A stretch of 64,000 nucleotides of DNA from Entomortierella parvispora E1425. Its lineage: Eukaryota; Fungi; Mortierellomycota. The notes beneath the pieces were generated by a model that was not told the DNA's origin, ran no database searches, and saw only the letters and a list, made by a program, of their open reading frames with translations. The translations under genes and the position numbers were made by a program. The stretch covers positions 1,116,001 to 1,180,000 of the forward strand of contig BQFW01000012.1 of NCBI GenBank assembly GCA_020891255.1. Reading direction: 5' to 3'. This document shows positions 53,362 to 64,000 of this stretch, in pieces. How positions within the stretch are numbered: the stretch's first letter is position 1; every line of letters starts with the position of its first letter.

Positions 53362-54776
53362 TTGGTAGGACTTTCAAAACCATCTCTTTCTCTCACTTGA
53401 GGGTCGTTTTCTGCTGGACCATGACGCTCTGTCTGAAATAACACATCATCCCATCATCTTTTCATAGGCAAGTGAACAACAGCCCTTGTGAATGAAACAG
53501 TTCACGCGCGCCAATCTCATCTCGCAGTGCATGGCTCCTTCGGTCCAGAGCCAAAAACGAAAGCGAGATGTCAGCAAACGACGGACAAAGTAGGAATACA
53601 AAAAACAAAAATTCAGGGCCAAAATGGCTCGAGCATTGCCAATCCTCAATGGTTGTCACACCATGCACATCCTTCATTTGATGTTTCGACTCTTTTATTT
53701 TGTATTCAATGTCGCTTGTCTTTGAAATTTACTGCAGCAGCTTCCAGTTGAGGATACCATTGGTCACTTTGTGAAGTCGAGCGTGTGTGTGAATGTGTGG
53801 GGGAGAACAATCAATTCGTCAACTTGTTCTCGACTCGCGCTTAGCTGCCTTTCCCTCTCCCAGAGACACCCCACTACTTTCTTTTTTGGTCCGTCCCACA
53901 ATCCTGCCTGGTCTGTGTGTCTGTGTTTGTTCAACAAAATAAACAAGGGCGGCGAAAGGGACAGACGCTCAGACCAGGCAAAGAATCCCCAACCCTTGCC
54001 CTCCCCCTCCCCGTTTGCAGTTCCCCTTCCTTACCCGATTCTGCAGAGGCTGAGACCATCCACGTCCGGTTCTCCCCATTTGAGGAAGGATCTTGTGTCG
54101 CTCTGATATTGCTCCACATCCGCCTCCCCAAACTGTTCGGGGGACTAAAGGGTTACAAGGAGCGGGCGATCTCGAGCTATGGATGTCTCCACAACCTTAC
54201 CTTTTTTCTCCACAATCCGACTCTAAGCCGCCAGTAAAGGCAGCGGGATGTAGTTGCGGTAGACAGTGCTATCTTAAGTCCAGGACTACAGATGGTCATG
54301 GGCTATTCTAACAGAAAAATTGACTGTGACTGAATCCGAACCGGCCCCATCGTGGTCTGGCTGGAGAAGCGTCACACCATTTGCGCAATACAGGTCATAC
54401 TTGATTATTCGTGTATTCACCTCTCAGTATCTTTTGAGAACTCTGGTTCCGTCGCGGTTATATTCTGTGAAGAGTCCGCAATCGCTTTCGAGACGACCAA
54501 GGTATGATGGAGTCCGTTCGGTGTTCGGTTTAGGGGGCTGACTTCAACTTGAAAGCTTTTCTTCGAAGGATGGAATCAACTGTTTGGAGTAGTCCCTAAG
54601 AAGACCGTCTCGCGAATGATCAAAGTCATTGTTCGAATGAAGAGACAGTTCTAGCGTATAGGATTGGCCTTTCTCCCATGTGGTTTACAGATTTCCAAGT
54701 AGTCAATTAACTCATCCACGGTTTTCAAATTTGGACAAGCATGTAAGTAGGTATGCCTTTATTCTTATCAATCCTG

Positions 54777-55918
54777 TTACGCCGCGAGGACAATAAGCTG
54801 CGCGCGGGGAGTCAGTTTTGCCTCATCTAACGTCTGCTGCAATCCTTCGTCCTTGTAAACACTATTCATGACAGCAATTAAAAAAAAAATCATTAAAAAA
54901 GAGAAGAAAGCTTTCAGCACAGGTTCTTATCACTTACGTTTTGGGAAAGTTAGTCATGAGCGAGAATCCTGGGGCCTTGACGCCTCTTGCGTCCATGGTG
55001 GCTTTCACAAACTCATGCACTGTCTTTAGCGTGTGTTCTGGTTCAAAGTCACCGCGGATTGATGTTCCGTCCAACATGCGGATCTGAATCTGACAGCTAC
55101 CACCCGGACTTTCCACTGTCCTTTCCTCGTTTCCAGCTTTTGCGCCATCGCCTAAAAGGCCTGTCTTTGCCGCACCAGCAACATACACAAAATTCCGCAG
55201 AAGGGATGTGCACAACTTCATGATTCCAGAGGACAGATGGCCGACCGCGGTCAGCAGACGAACATGGTAAGGTGCGTCGTCCAGGTTCCCCTTTTTGGCT
55301 CCAGAAGAGCTGGATCCAGACGCTTTTCCAGCCGGGCTGTTGGCACCTCCGAGAGTGTTGCCACCTCCTCCAAGAGTCTGTCCACTTCCACTAAATGACG
55401 ATCCGCCCTCATAGGTCTTGATCAAGGACTGGATCTTGCCCACGTCTGCACCTACAACACGGCCAACCTCTGATTTGTTCTTGAAAAAGAGAATGGTTGG
55501 CATGGCTGTCACTCGGTACTGACTGGAGCAATCCTGCGCCTGATCTACATCCACTTTTGCGAAGACAGTCGATGTGTGTTTTCGTTCCAAGCCATCCAAG
55601 ATCGGTGCCAATGTCTTGCATGGGCCGCACCTATTACGCCAAAGCGACAGGCAGTTCAGTCTACATAGTCTATATGGTATCAAGGGCGAAATCCTAGAGG
55701 TTGTGATAGCAAAAGACATCAAAAGTCGAGTCCTTTTACCAAGTTGCGAAAAAGTCGACTACAACCTAGCGTCGGCAAGTTTAGTTTGACAAAAAGTCGA
55801 ATGTGAGTCGAGGCTTCAACAGAAAACAGGAGATGAAAATGAGAGACTGGCATACCAGGCGAGAGCCAGCCGAGGAAAGAGTGCTGTTAAGTTCAGCGTT
55901 CGAGCCAATGTTCTTCAT
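54777..55918 (-). CDS. Thioredoxin (WCGPC)-UBX domain fusion protein
   Basis: Exons 55918-55856, 55765-55740 (26 nt), a main exon and a terminal exon give SRL|VVVDFFATW|CGPCKTLAP..FAKVDVD..VTAMPTILFFKN, then CQIQIRMLDGTSIRGDFEPEHTLKTVHEFV..FSLMTNFPK|TVYKDEGLQQTLDEAKLTPRAQLIV. Stop TAA at 54779-54777. Confidence 0.9.
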
Positions 55919-56569
55919 GGTAAAGGGCGAGTGAATGGGAGAGAGTGGAATGGAAGAAGTCCATCTCGTCCCGTCATGCAGGCAGCAGCCCACCCCTGGC
56001 CGGGTTGGGTGGGAATACACGTGACCAACGCGTGACACAATGGCGGTCGCATTTTTGCATCCGACTGTTGAGGACAGACGCGTTCGAAACCACCCTCCCC
56101 TTTCCTTTAGGCACAACACATTGTTATGATTCTTCATTCCTGACAATTCGTTTCTCAAGTCCGATTTTCTCGACCGTACTGAAAATATGCAAAAACTGAC
56201 AAGTAAATGGCTTGGTTCACTGTTCTGAAAGATTTACGCTCAACTGGGTGAAAAGCATAAGTTACTTGCAGCGAAGCAGTCAAGAGTAATAGCATCGAGA
56301 AGACCTTCGAACAACGAAACTCTTGAGCATAGTGGTTTCGCTGAGAATATTGTCCCAAAAGTCAAAGAATCAGAGCGTGTCAAAATATAAACATGATGCA
56401 TCATATTACAAGAAGGAAAAGGAGAGAGAGAGAGTGCAAAAAAGACACCGAGACGAACACAGAGAGACACACGAGCGGGCTACACAAACAGGATACAAAC
56501 AGCAGGACACGCACTGTACAGTAATCGATTCTTTGTCCCCCAACACAATCACGACACAACGCGTCCGTC

Positions 56570-56600
<31 letters not shown>

Positions 56601-57700
56601 GAGCGTATTTTGGAGCGGGTCACCCGTTTTCTTTTTCTCCCACTTCTTCCTCCATTTCGTTTTTCTTTTTTCAGACATTAATTCCTTTCGATCTAATCTT
56701 TGACAGTGGTCATAATCATCTCTGGTGTGAAAAGAAAGGTAGAGTGAATCGACCATTCAGATGCCTCCTTGACGCGACAATGCGCGTGCGTCACTTTCCG
56801 CTTCTGTCAAGTTCTCTTTTTTTTATTTTTTTTATTTTTATTTTTTTTGTTTGGCATTGGTATGGCAACATGATGCAGTCCTGAACTAAGTGGCGCGGCA
56901 AAGGAAGAGTGGGACAGGGTTCAGGGCAATCTGCGAGTCAAAAGAATGTCCGAGGTGCAGAGTTGGCGGCAAAATCTCAGTCATCAGGTCGTCAATGAAA
57001 CCAAATCGAATCCTTCTTTTTTCCCAGAGTTCTTTCTAGGGTTCTTGCTACGCCGACGTGAGAGGACGTTCAGTAGGGATCCCAGCGGCATGCCAACTTG
57101 ATTTTGAAGAACGGGGAGTATGGAGAAGGAGGGTGGGGATCATAGTAACCGGACCTGCAGGTGGTCCACCTCCTCGAGCTTGGATGCGTCGTGACGAGAG
57201 AGGCGCGGTGGAGCTGGGAAGAGGGAAGAAAATATGGGAAGAGAACAGTTCTCTGTAATTGACCGGCAGTGTTTTTACCCTCTATAATTGCATATGGCCC
57301 CACAGCCTCGACGGGAAAGAAGAGGGCGAGTCACACACACATTTTTTTTTTCTTGTGGGAAGGTGACAGCGAGACAGTGCGAGAGGGCAGAAAGAGCGAG
57401 GGGGACAGCGAAAGAGAGCAAGCAAGAAGGATGGTCATCCGCACATCCTTTCCTCTTTCTCATTTTCCGTCCTATTCGCTACCTTTGTAATCACTCTTGC
57501 TCACACTGCCTGGCTGTTGATCAATCAATCTTTCTTCGCCCCCCTCCTCATCACCCCCTTCTTCTTTATCTGACCGCCGTCCGTCCTTCCTGCCCCCTCC
57601 TTCAACAACACCCAGAAAAGAGATTTTAGCAGCTGGACCGCACAAGACCAGACCAAACCAGACCCAATCCTCCATTCAATTCCATCAACATAAAAACACC

Positions 57701-60600
57701 ATGGCCTCAGAAGCAGAAAACTCGTGGAAGTTTGCTCAATGCTTTGGCGATAAAGGCGAGGTCGAGGACATCACCGAAGGTAAGCACGTCATCAGGGTCC
57801 CTGTTGGCCGGATTTCTAGAGTGGCGAAATGGCTGGAAGGGCGACACGCGGGATGACGTCCCCCCAAGCTGGGTCAGGATCTTGGTTTCCTCATCGTGTC
57901 GTGGGATGTATACACATACACACACACACAACACACACACATATATATATACGCACACACAACCATACAAACGCGCACACTCACTCGAAAGCGAGTGTTT
58001 GTATTCGTTTCAAGTCGCAGTACTTGCCTGTTGACTCTTCTCGACCCGTGCTCATCCCAAAACAGGACCACATCGTTGGATCACTGATACTGGAGGACAG
58101 ACAGATGGACACGCGGATGATGTCTCGACAAGATCAGATACGCAAAAAGAGTGGATGGGAAGCTATAGAGTGAGGATGGAGTACTGGTGAGCTGAGTGCT
58201 GGATGGAAAAAAAAAATGAGGCCTTGTCCATGAAGGCCTCCTGCTGTTTTGGACGCGCCACTGAAGGAAGTAACGACGCGACATGTCATCATCAGATCAA
58301 ATCGTTTTATCATCATCTCTTGTCTCCATACCTCGCAATGTGTGGACACCTTCCTCTTCTCTCTTTCCGACACTCTTGTGCCTAAAAGAAAACTGATTTT
58401 GTCAGCCTCTTTCTGGCCAGCTCGTCGTGTACGCGTGCACAAAGACGGGATCTTACCTCCTGATCTTGTCGTGTGTTGTCCCTTCCCACGCTTTCGCTTT
58501 GCTCTTGTGTGTTTGGCAAAGGGAAAGTCAGGGGAGGATGAGGAGGCTGTCTAAAGACAATGCATGGCTTTATATTTCTAGCTGTTAGAATTGGCGGAAA
58601 GAAGAGTGGTGTCTTCTCAGGAGAATATTATTTTACATCCCTTGAGCAGTGAACACGCTGGGACTCGGCATTATGTGAAATTGGACAGGACGATGATACC
58701 ATCGACTTTGCTTGGATATGGCCGTTGCTGGAAGGGAGGGGAAAAGCTATATCCGTCTAGTCAGAGTTGTTTGTGCTAATCTATCCAACGTCATTTTCTG
58801 TGATATATAGCCGACATCATATCGACGGTCGAGTTTGACCATACAGGAGACTATCTGGCCACTGGCGATAAAGGTGGACGCGTTGTTCTCTTTGAGCGCA
58901 ATGAAAGCGTATGTGATATAGTGTTCTTTTCGACTGTTTTCAAACTTATCAGACATGTATGTGCAGAGACAATTGGAACCAACATCTTTATGCCTTTTAT
59001 CTGATTAGAAAAAGGGATGCGAATACAAGTTCCACACCGAGTTCCAGTCGCACGAGCCCGAATTTGATTACCTCAAGAGTTTGGAAATCGAAGAAAAGAT
59101 CAACAAGATCAAATGGTGCAAGCGTCAAAACTCGGCCCACTTCTTGCTCTCGACCAACGGTAGGCAATGAATGATGTTGACAATGGTTGAAGTTCGCTTT
59201 CCTCTAGATGATCATTCTGGCTGATCATGCTTTTTCTCTTAAAATCCTGGGATATCTAGACAAGACCGTCAAGCTCTGGAAAGTGTTTGAGAAGTCGATC
59301 AAGGTCGTCTCTGAGAACAACCATGGCGATGGACAGCACGTACCAGTGGCAGGTGCTCCTTTGAAGCTGCCCAAGCTCACACATCACGACACCATTGTTG
59401 CTGCGGTTCCCCGCAAAGTATATGCGAACGCCCATGCCTACCACATTAACTCGATCTCGATCAACTCGGATGGGGAGACTTATATCTCTGCAGATGACTT
59501 GCGCATTAACCTCTGGAACTTGAATATCAGCGACCAGAGCTTCAGTAAGTTGATGGATAGATAGGCCCATGTTCAGGAAGAGGCCAATTCTGATGTTTTG
59601 CCCCATTTCATTTTCAGACATTGTCGATATCAAGCCGGTCAACATGGAGGAGTTGACTGAAGTCATTACCGCCGCAGAGTTCCACCCTGTCCACTGCAAC
59701 CTCTTCATGTACAGTAGCAGCAAAGGAACCATCAAACTCAGTGACATGAGAGAATCTGCCCTCTGCGATCAGCACGCTAAGAGTAAGTGTTGAGCCAGAA
59801 AAGACGTATGCGGGTTTGATAGTAGTAGCTATATGTCTAATCCTTTGACGATTCTATCGTTAATAGTGTTCGAAGAAGAGGAGGATCCTTCCAACAAATC
59901 ATTCTTCTCAGAAATCATCTCCTCCATCTCTGATGTGAAGTTCAGCAAGGACGGACGTTACATTCTCTCGCGTGATTACTTGACTCTCAAGGTCTGGGAT
60001 ATCAACATGGAGAGCCGACCAGTTCAGACCATCAACATTCACGATCATTTGCGCAACAAGCTGTGCGATCTTTATGAAAACGATTGTATCTTTGATAAGT
60101 TCGAGTGCACATTCAGCGGTGACGGAAAGTATGTAGCACAGTTGTTTGCACGCATGTTGTGTGAAACAATGCGCAATTAGCTCACATGTCCTTGCTTTCT
60201 TTCTTAGCAACGTCTTGACGGGATCGTACAACAACAACTTCTACATCTACGGTAGAGATGGAAAGACTGATGTAACGTTGCAGGCTGATAAGAGCGCATT
60301 CAAGGCCAAGCGCGTGGGATCAGCTAAGAACAAGATGATGCCTCGTGTGAACAGTGGCAAGAACGGCAAGAAGGAGGAGATTAATGTCGAATCGATTGAC
60401 TTTACCAAGAAGATCCTTCACGCATCTTGGCATCCCAACGAGAACTCGATTGCCGTTGCTGCCACGAACAACCTGTTTATCTTTACGTAAGTACTGATAC
60501 GCCTGATCAAAGATCCTCGAATTGCTTGTTCGATTGTCTAACATTCGCTTTGTAATTTCTTATCTCTGGAATCGTCTGATGTCCTTATTACAGCGAGTAA
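57701..60600 (+). CDS. CDC55: PP2A regulatory subunit B55
   Basis: [14 protein letters not shown]|[63 protein letters not shown] and [13 protein letters not shown]. First intron 57780-58810; terminal coding exon 60594-60600. Confidence 0.97.
57910..57960. repeat. (CA)n/(TA)n compound microsatellite in CDC55 intron 1
   Basis: atacacatacacacacacacaacacacacacatatatatatacgcacacac. Confidence 0.85.
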
Positions 60601-61940
60601 GTCGAACGTATCATTCATCTCCTCATACCTCTCGTTTTGTTACTCTGTTTGAGCGGAAGCTAACGAGGCGCCACCATCGGCATTTTTAGGTTGTAATGAG
60701 CTGATGTGTACCTAGGGCCTGTGGGTCCTCGTAGGCATTGCAGCAATACCATTATTTAGACAGCCAAAACAAAAGGGATGTCCCTCTTCCTCACCCACCA
60801 TCGTATTTCTTCCTCCCTCAAAAAAAACACACATCTTGTACATGTCTCCGCCCCATCCTCTGTCCTTGGCCCATCCTTCCTTTTCCCTCGACTTTTTCTT
60901 TCTTTTTCTTCTTCGTATTTCTCTTCTTCTTATCGATGGTTTGATGCTGTTCGATGTCCGAAGGATGGCGCGTTGTTTTACTACTATCTTTTTTTTTTTT
61001 TTTTTTTGCTTGTTCGTTGAGTCCAGACTGGCTCCTTCGTTTTGCGAGTGCACTACTCTCGCGTCTCGAGAGGAAGGCCTTGGATGAACCGCCCTGGTCC
61101 ACTTCTTTTGTACTTTTCTTTCTTTCTTTTTGACGGGATGTCCGGCAACAACACAAACAATAAAAAAACCATGAACATTTTTTTTGGTTTTGAAAAAGCA
61201 AGGAAAAGTTCGTCACCTGACACGCCACTCCCTGGGTGAGGCAGTCACTGCGCCGCTGGCATTCCACGGGCATTCCTCCGCCATGCAGGAGGCCATGACC
61301 TTTCTTTCTCCTTTCCATCCTTCCTTCAACCTTTACTTCCCACCCTACTCTCGGCCCCGTCCCACGGACGTATACACCCTTTACTGTCCCCTATTACTGC
61401 TAGTCCACGAGTAGCTCCCCTCTGGCATATACTTCGTCGTTCACTCGTTTTACGCGCCAAAACTACCCCCGATTATTACGTTTCCTTCAGCGCTTTCCAT
61501 ATCACCAATCGCTACTTTTGCTACATTTTTGTATCAACCAGGTAGCTCTTTCACACTTGTCCTTCTTTACTGCATCTTCAATCCTACGATTCTCCTCTCT
61601 TTCCCGTTTGTCAGAGAGAAAGAGTGCGTGAGCGTTTGACTCCCCTGTTCCAGAATCGATTGAAAGAACGCGAAGCACCGACAGGGTGATTTCGAGGCGG
61701 CTGTTTCAAGTTATCACCGGTAAGGACCCATTCCTTCCTTTGCCCCTTCCCCCTCCCTCCCTCCACATCCTTTGTAGTAGATGGGTGGTGGTTTGATCCT
61801 GATCCATCTTAAAGCCACACTTTTGTTATATCCAGCCACCGAGTTGCCACTGTTTCTGACGCTGCCCTAGTGTCCCGTGCACGTTTGACTATTTTAAGAC
61901 CTCGATTTTCTGACAAAGAAAAACCACTTGAAGCATCTCA

Positions 61941-64000
61941 ATGCTGGAAGCCCCCACACTCAGGACAAGAAAACAATCTATGTTGCCTTCAGACTTGAAG
62001 GGAAATGCTCTCAAGGACAAGAGCTCTACCCCCAATGGCACTGGCGGGGTCTCTCCCACGAAACGAGAACCCTCTCCAACGGGTAACCAGGATTCCTCAA
62101 ACACGGACGATGACCCCAATGCTTCGAATGACCATGTGCAGGCCGACATGACAGAAGAGGCAGATGAGGCGATGGCAGAGGCAGGTCGTAGCCCACCCGT
62201 CGAAACTGACGAGCAAGTCAAAGGTGCAAGTTTGTCCGGAAAGGAGGATCCAATTGAGGAGAAGGATCCAACTCAACCTCTGGATTCTGAATTTGGTGAT
62301 AGTCAGACGGACGACACTCCTGCGGCTACACCGACAGATGCTGACGAGGACAAAGATCGGGACGACTCAACCGAGGGCATTGAAGCGGATCAAGGAGAAG
62401 ACGGTGAAGAAGCCGAGGAAGGTGAATTTACAGATGACGGTGAAGTGGCGAACGATGATTCTCATCAGGGTCAGGCAGATGGCCTGGACCTGTTGGCCGC
62501 AGCAGAGGCATCTATCGCCCTTGCAGAGAAAGATCAGGACGAGGACGCTGTAATGGCAGAGCCCGACGAAGTTGGTACACCGACAGAGCAATCAGCCGAG
62601 TCCGAGATCGATTCGCAGCAGGAAAGAACCGACGGCTCCGATGAGGAAGAGGAAAATGACGAAGATGAAGACAAGATGAACGATAATGAAGATCAGGAGG
62701 ATGAGGAGGACAACGAGGACGAGGAAGAGGCCGAAACACCCGCGGCTGTCGTTGACTTCAAGAAACCCTCTCTCCTCTCTCAAAAGCCCACCTTAAACAG
62801 ACCTCAATTGATCGAGGAAGAAAAGGACAGTGGCGACGAGCTCTCAGATCTCTCAGAGTTTGATGACACAGATGACTCGGATGAGGAAGAAAGTACCAAG
62901 GCGACGAGTGAAGCCGCTTCTACTCCCAAGGCGCCAAGCACAAGCCAGATCAACACTAGGCCCTCTCTGGGAGGACGAAGAAAGTCACTACGTGAGACCA
63001 GCCGTGAACGTCGCGAGCAGGAGCAGGAGCGAGTTAAGCGGGAGAGGCAAGATGAAGAAGATGACGGAGACTCTTCAACAAACGAACGTCCTGTCTCTAA
63101 TCGAGCAAGCCAATCGAAGCGTCATCGAAGACTCTCAGAGATTCGACACGATGAGGAAAGAGACTCTGGATCCGATGCCACAGAGGGTGAAGACCAGGAG
63201 AGAAAAACTGCGGAGGAAGAGGAGGAGGAAGAGGAAGAAGTGGAAGAAGGTAGGTCTACCATGTTCCGAGCTGCCCTGACAAACACAAAATGGGCTTTTT
63301 TCTGATTATAATTGAAACCATTAGATGCCGAAGTCAAACTTAAACAAAAGCAGGCCCTGGATGCCTTATCAAGCATAGAGGAAGAGTTTGCAAACCTCCG
63401 AGATCGGTAAGTTTATGATATTCTATGTCTGACGCCTAAGACGGATGACGATCCCTAATATCGTTATTTCAACATTTACAATAGCATGTACGACGAGAGA
63501 ATGCGTGAACTAGACAAGGAAGTCGAAATGATTAATGAAGGTATGATATTTCCCAAACCCTGTCAATGAGAAGACGGGCGACTTTATCATAAGGAGAGGC
63601 TGATGATTCTGTGCTGATTCGCAACTATGTAGGCACTCATCCGGAACTCTCATCACTGATGCGGGAAATTGAAGACAAGAGGCACCAGCGCCTTCGAGTA
63701 GCAAAGGCCTGGAGGACCCATTTGGGAGAGATTGCACAGTGTCAGTTCGAGATTACAGAATATCAAGCCCACTGCACGTACCAGGTGAGAGAATCGTTTG
63801 CTGGGGTTTGCATCATTTATTTTCTGATGATATTGATGGTTACCTTGCGCACGACACTGACTCTTTTATGTTTTTATAACAATTTATAGTCAACGAAGAG
63901 GACAGCACGGACAGACATGGCCAGAGAGCTGGGTAGAAAGCAACGCAAATTGATCTTGGAACTGACTCTGTCCTCTGATACCCGCAGAAAGAACGGTATG
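61941..64000 (+). CDS. Sds3-like domain protein (Rpd3L/Sin3 HDAC subunit, Dep1/Sds3/BRMS1 family), 3' partial
   Basis: A long acidic N-terminal region, then spliced KQKQALDALSSIEEEFANLRDR|MYDERMRELDKEVEMINE|GTHPELSSLMREIEDKRHQRL. An in-frame upstream TGA at 61929-61931 supports the ATG at 61941. Confidence 0.85.

Noticed and set aside
54301-54660. Idea that in-frame TGA codons indicate code-4 DNA (NUMT or Mycoplasma-related endobacterial transfer)
   Set aside because: Only two TGAs, base composition is not AT-rich, and TAG/TAA stops follow in the same frame.
56155-56756. Short ORFs in the divergent region between Trx-UBX and CDC55
   Set aside because: Under 130 aa, interrupted by poly-A runs, with no recognisable domain or coherent splice model.

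Overview
Eukaryotic, intron-rich (GT-AG), roughly 50% GC fungal genomic DNA, most consistent with an early-diverging fungus of the Mortierellaceae/Mucoromycota type (inferred from gene content, intron style and poly-A/T runs). I resolved about 20 spliced protein-coding genes by hand: MFS transporter (5' partial), DDHD phospholipase A1, LCLAT1/CST26-type acyltransferase, PX-domain AGC kinase, NADPH-P450 reductase, a small GPI protein, tafazzin, a Myb/HTH protein resembling the p2 subunit of the MTA1c DNA 6mA methyltransferase, a DUF2415-type WD40 protein, CPSF2, a CRIB-bearing NDR kinase, mitochondrial bL36m, a mitochondrial RRM-like protein, a His/Asp/Lys-repeat GPI protein, an SMCR8 homolog, kinesin-7, PEP carboxykinase, a thioredoxin-UBX fusion, PP2A B55/CDC55 and an Sds3-like protein (3' partial). 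There is also a decayed Ty3/Gypsy RNase H relic. I saw no rRNA, tRNA or CRISPR. The best leads are: (1) a possible phospholipid acyl-remodelling neighbourhood (DDHD PLA1 next to LCLAT1/CST26, with tafazzin nearby); (2) the p2-like 6mA complex subunit; (3) an NDR kinase with an N-terminal CRIB motif reachable only through a GC-AG intron; (4) a WCGPC thioredoxin fused to UBX. All family calls come from motif recognition and memory, not database searches. I cannot establish novelty for any of them without those searches.
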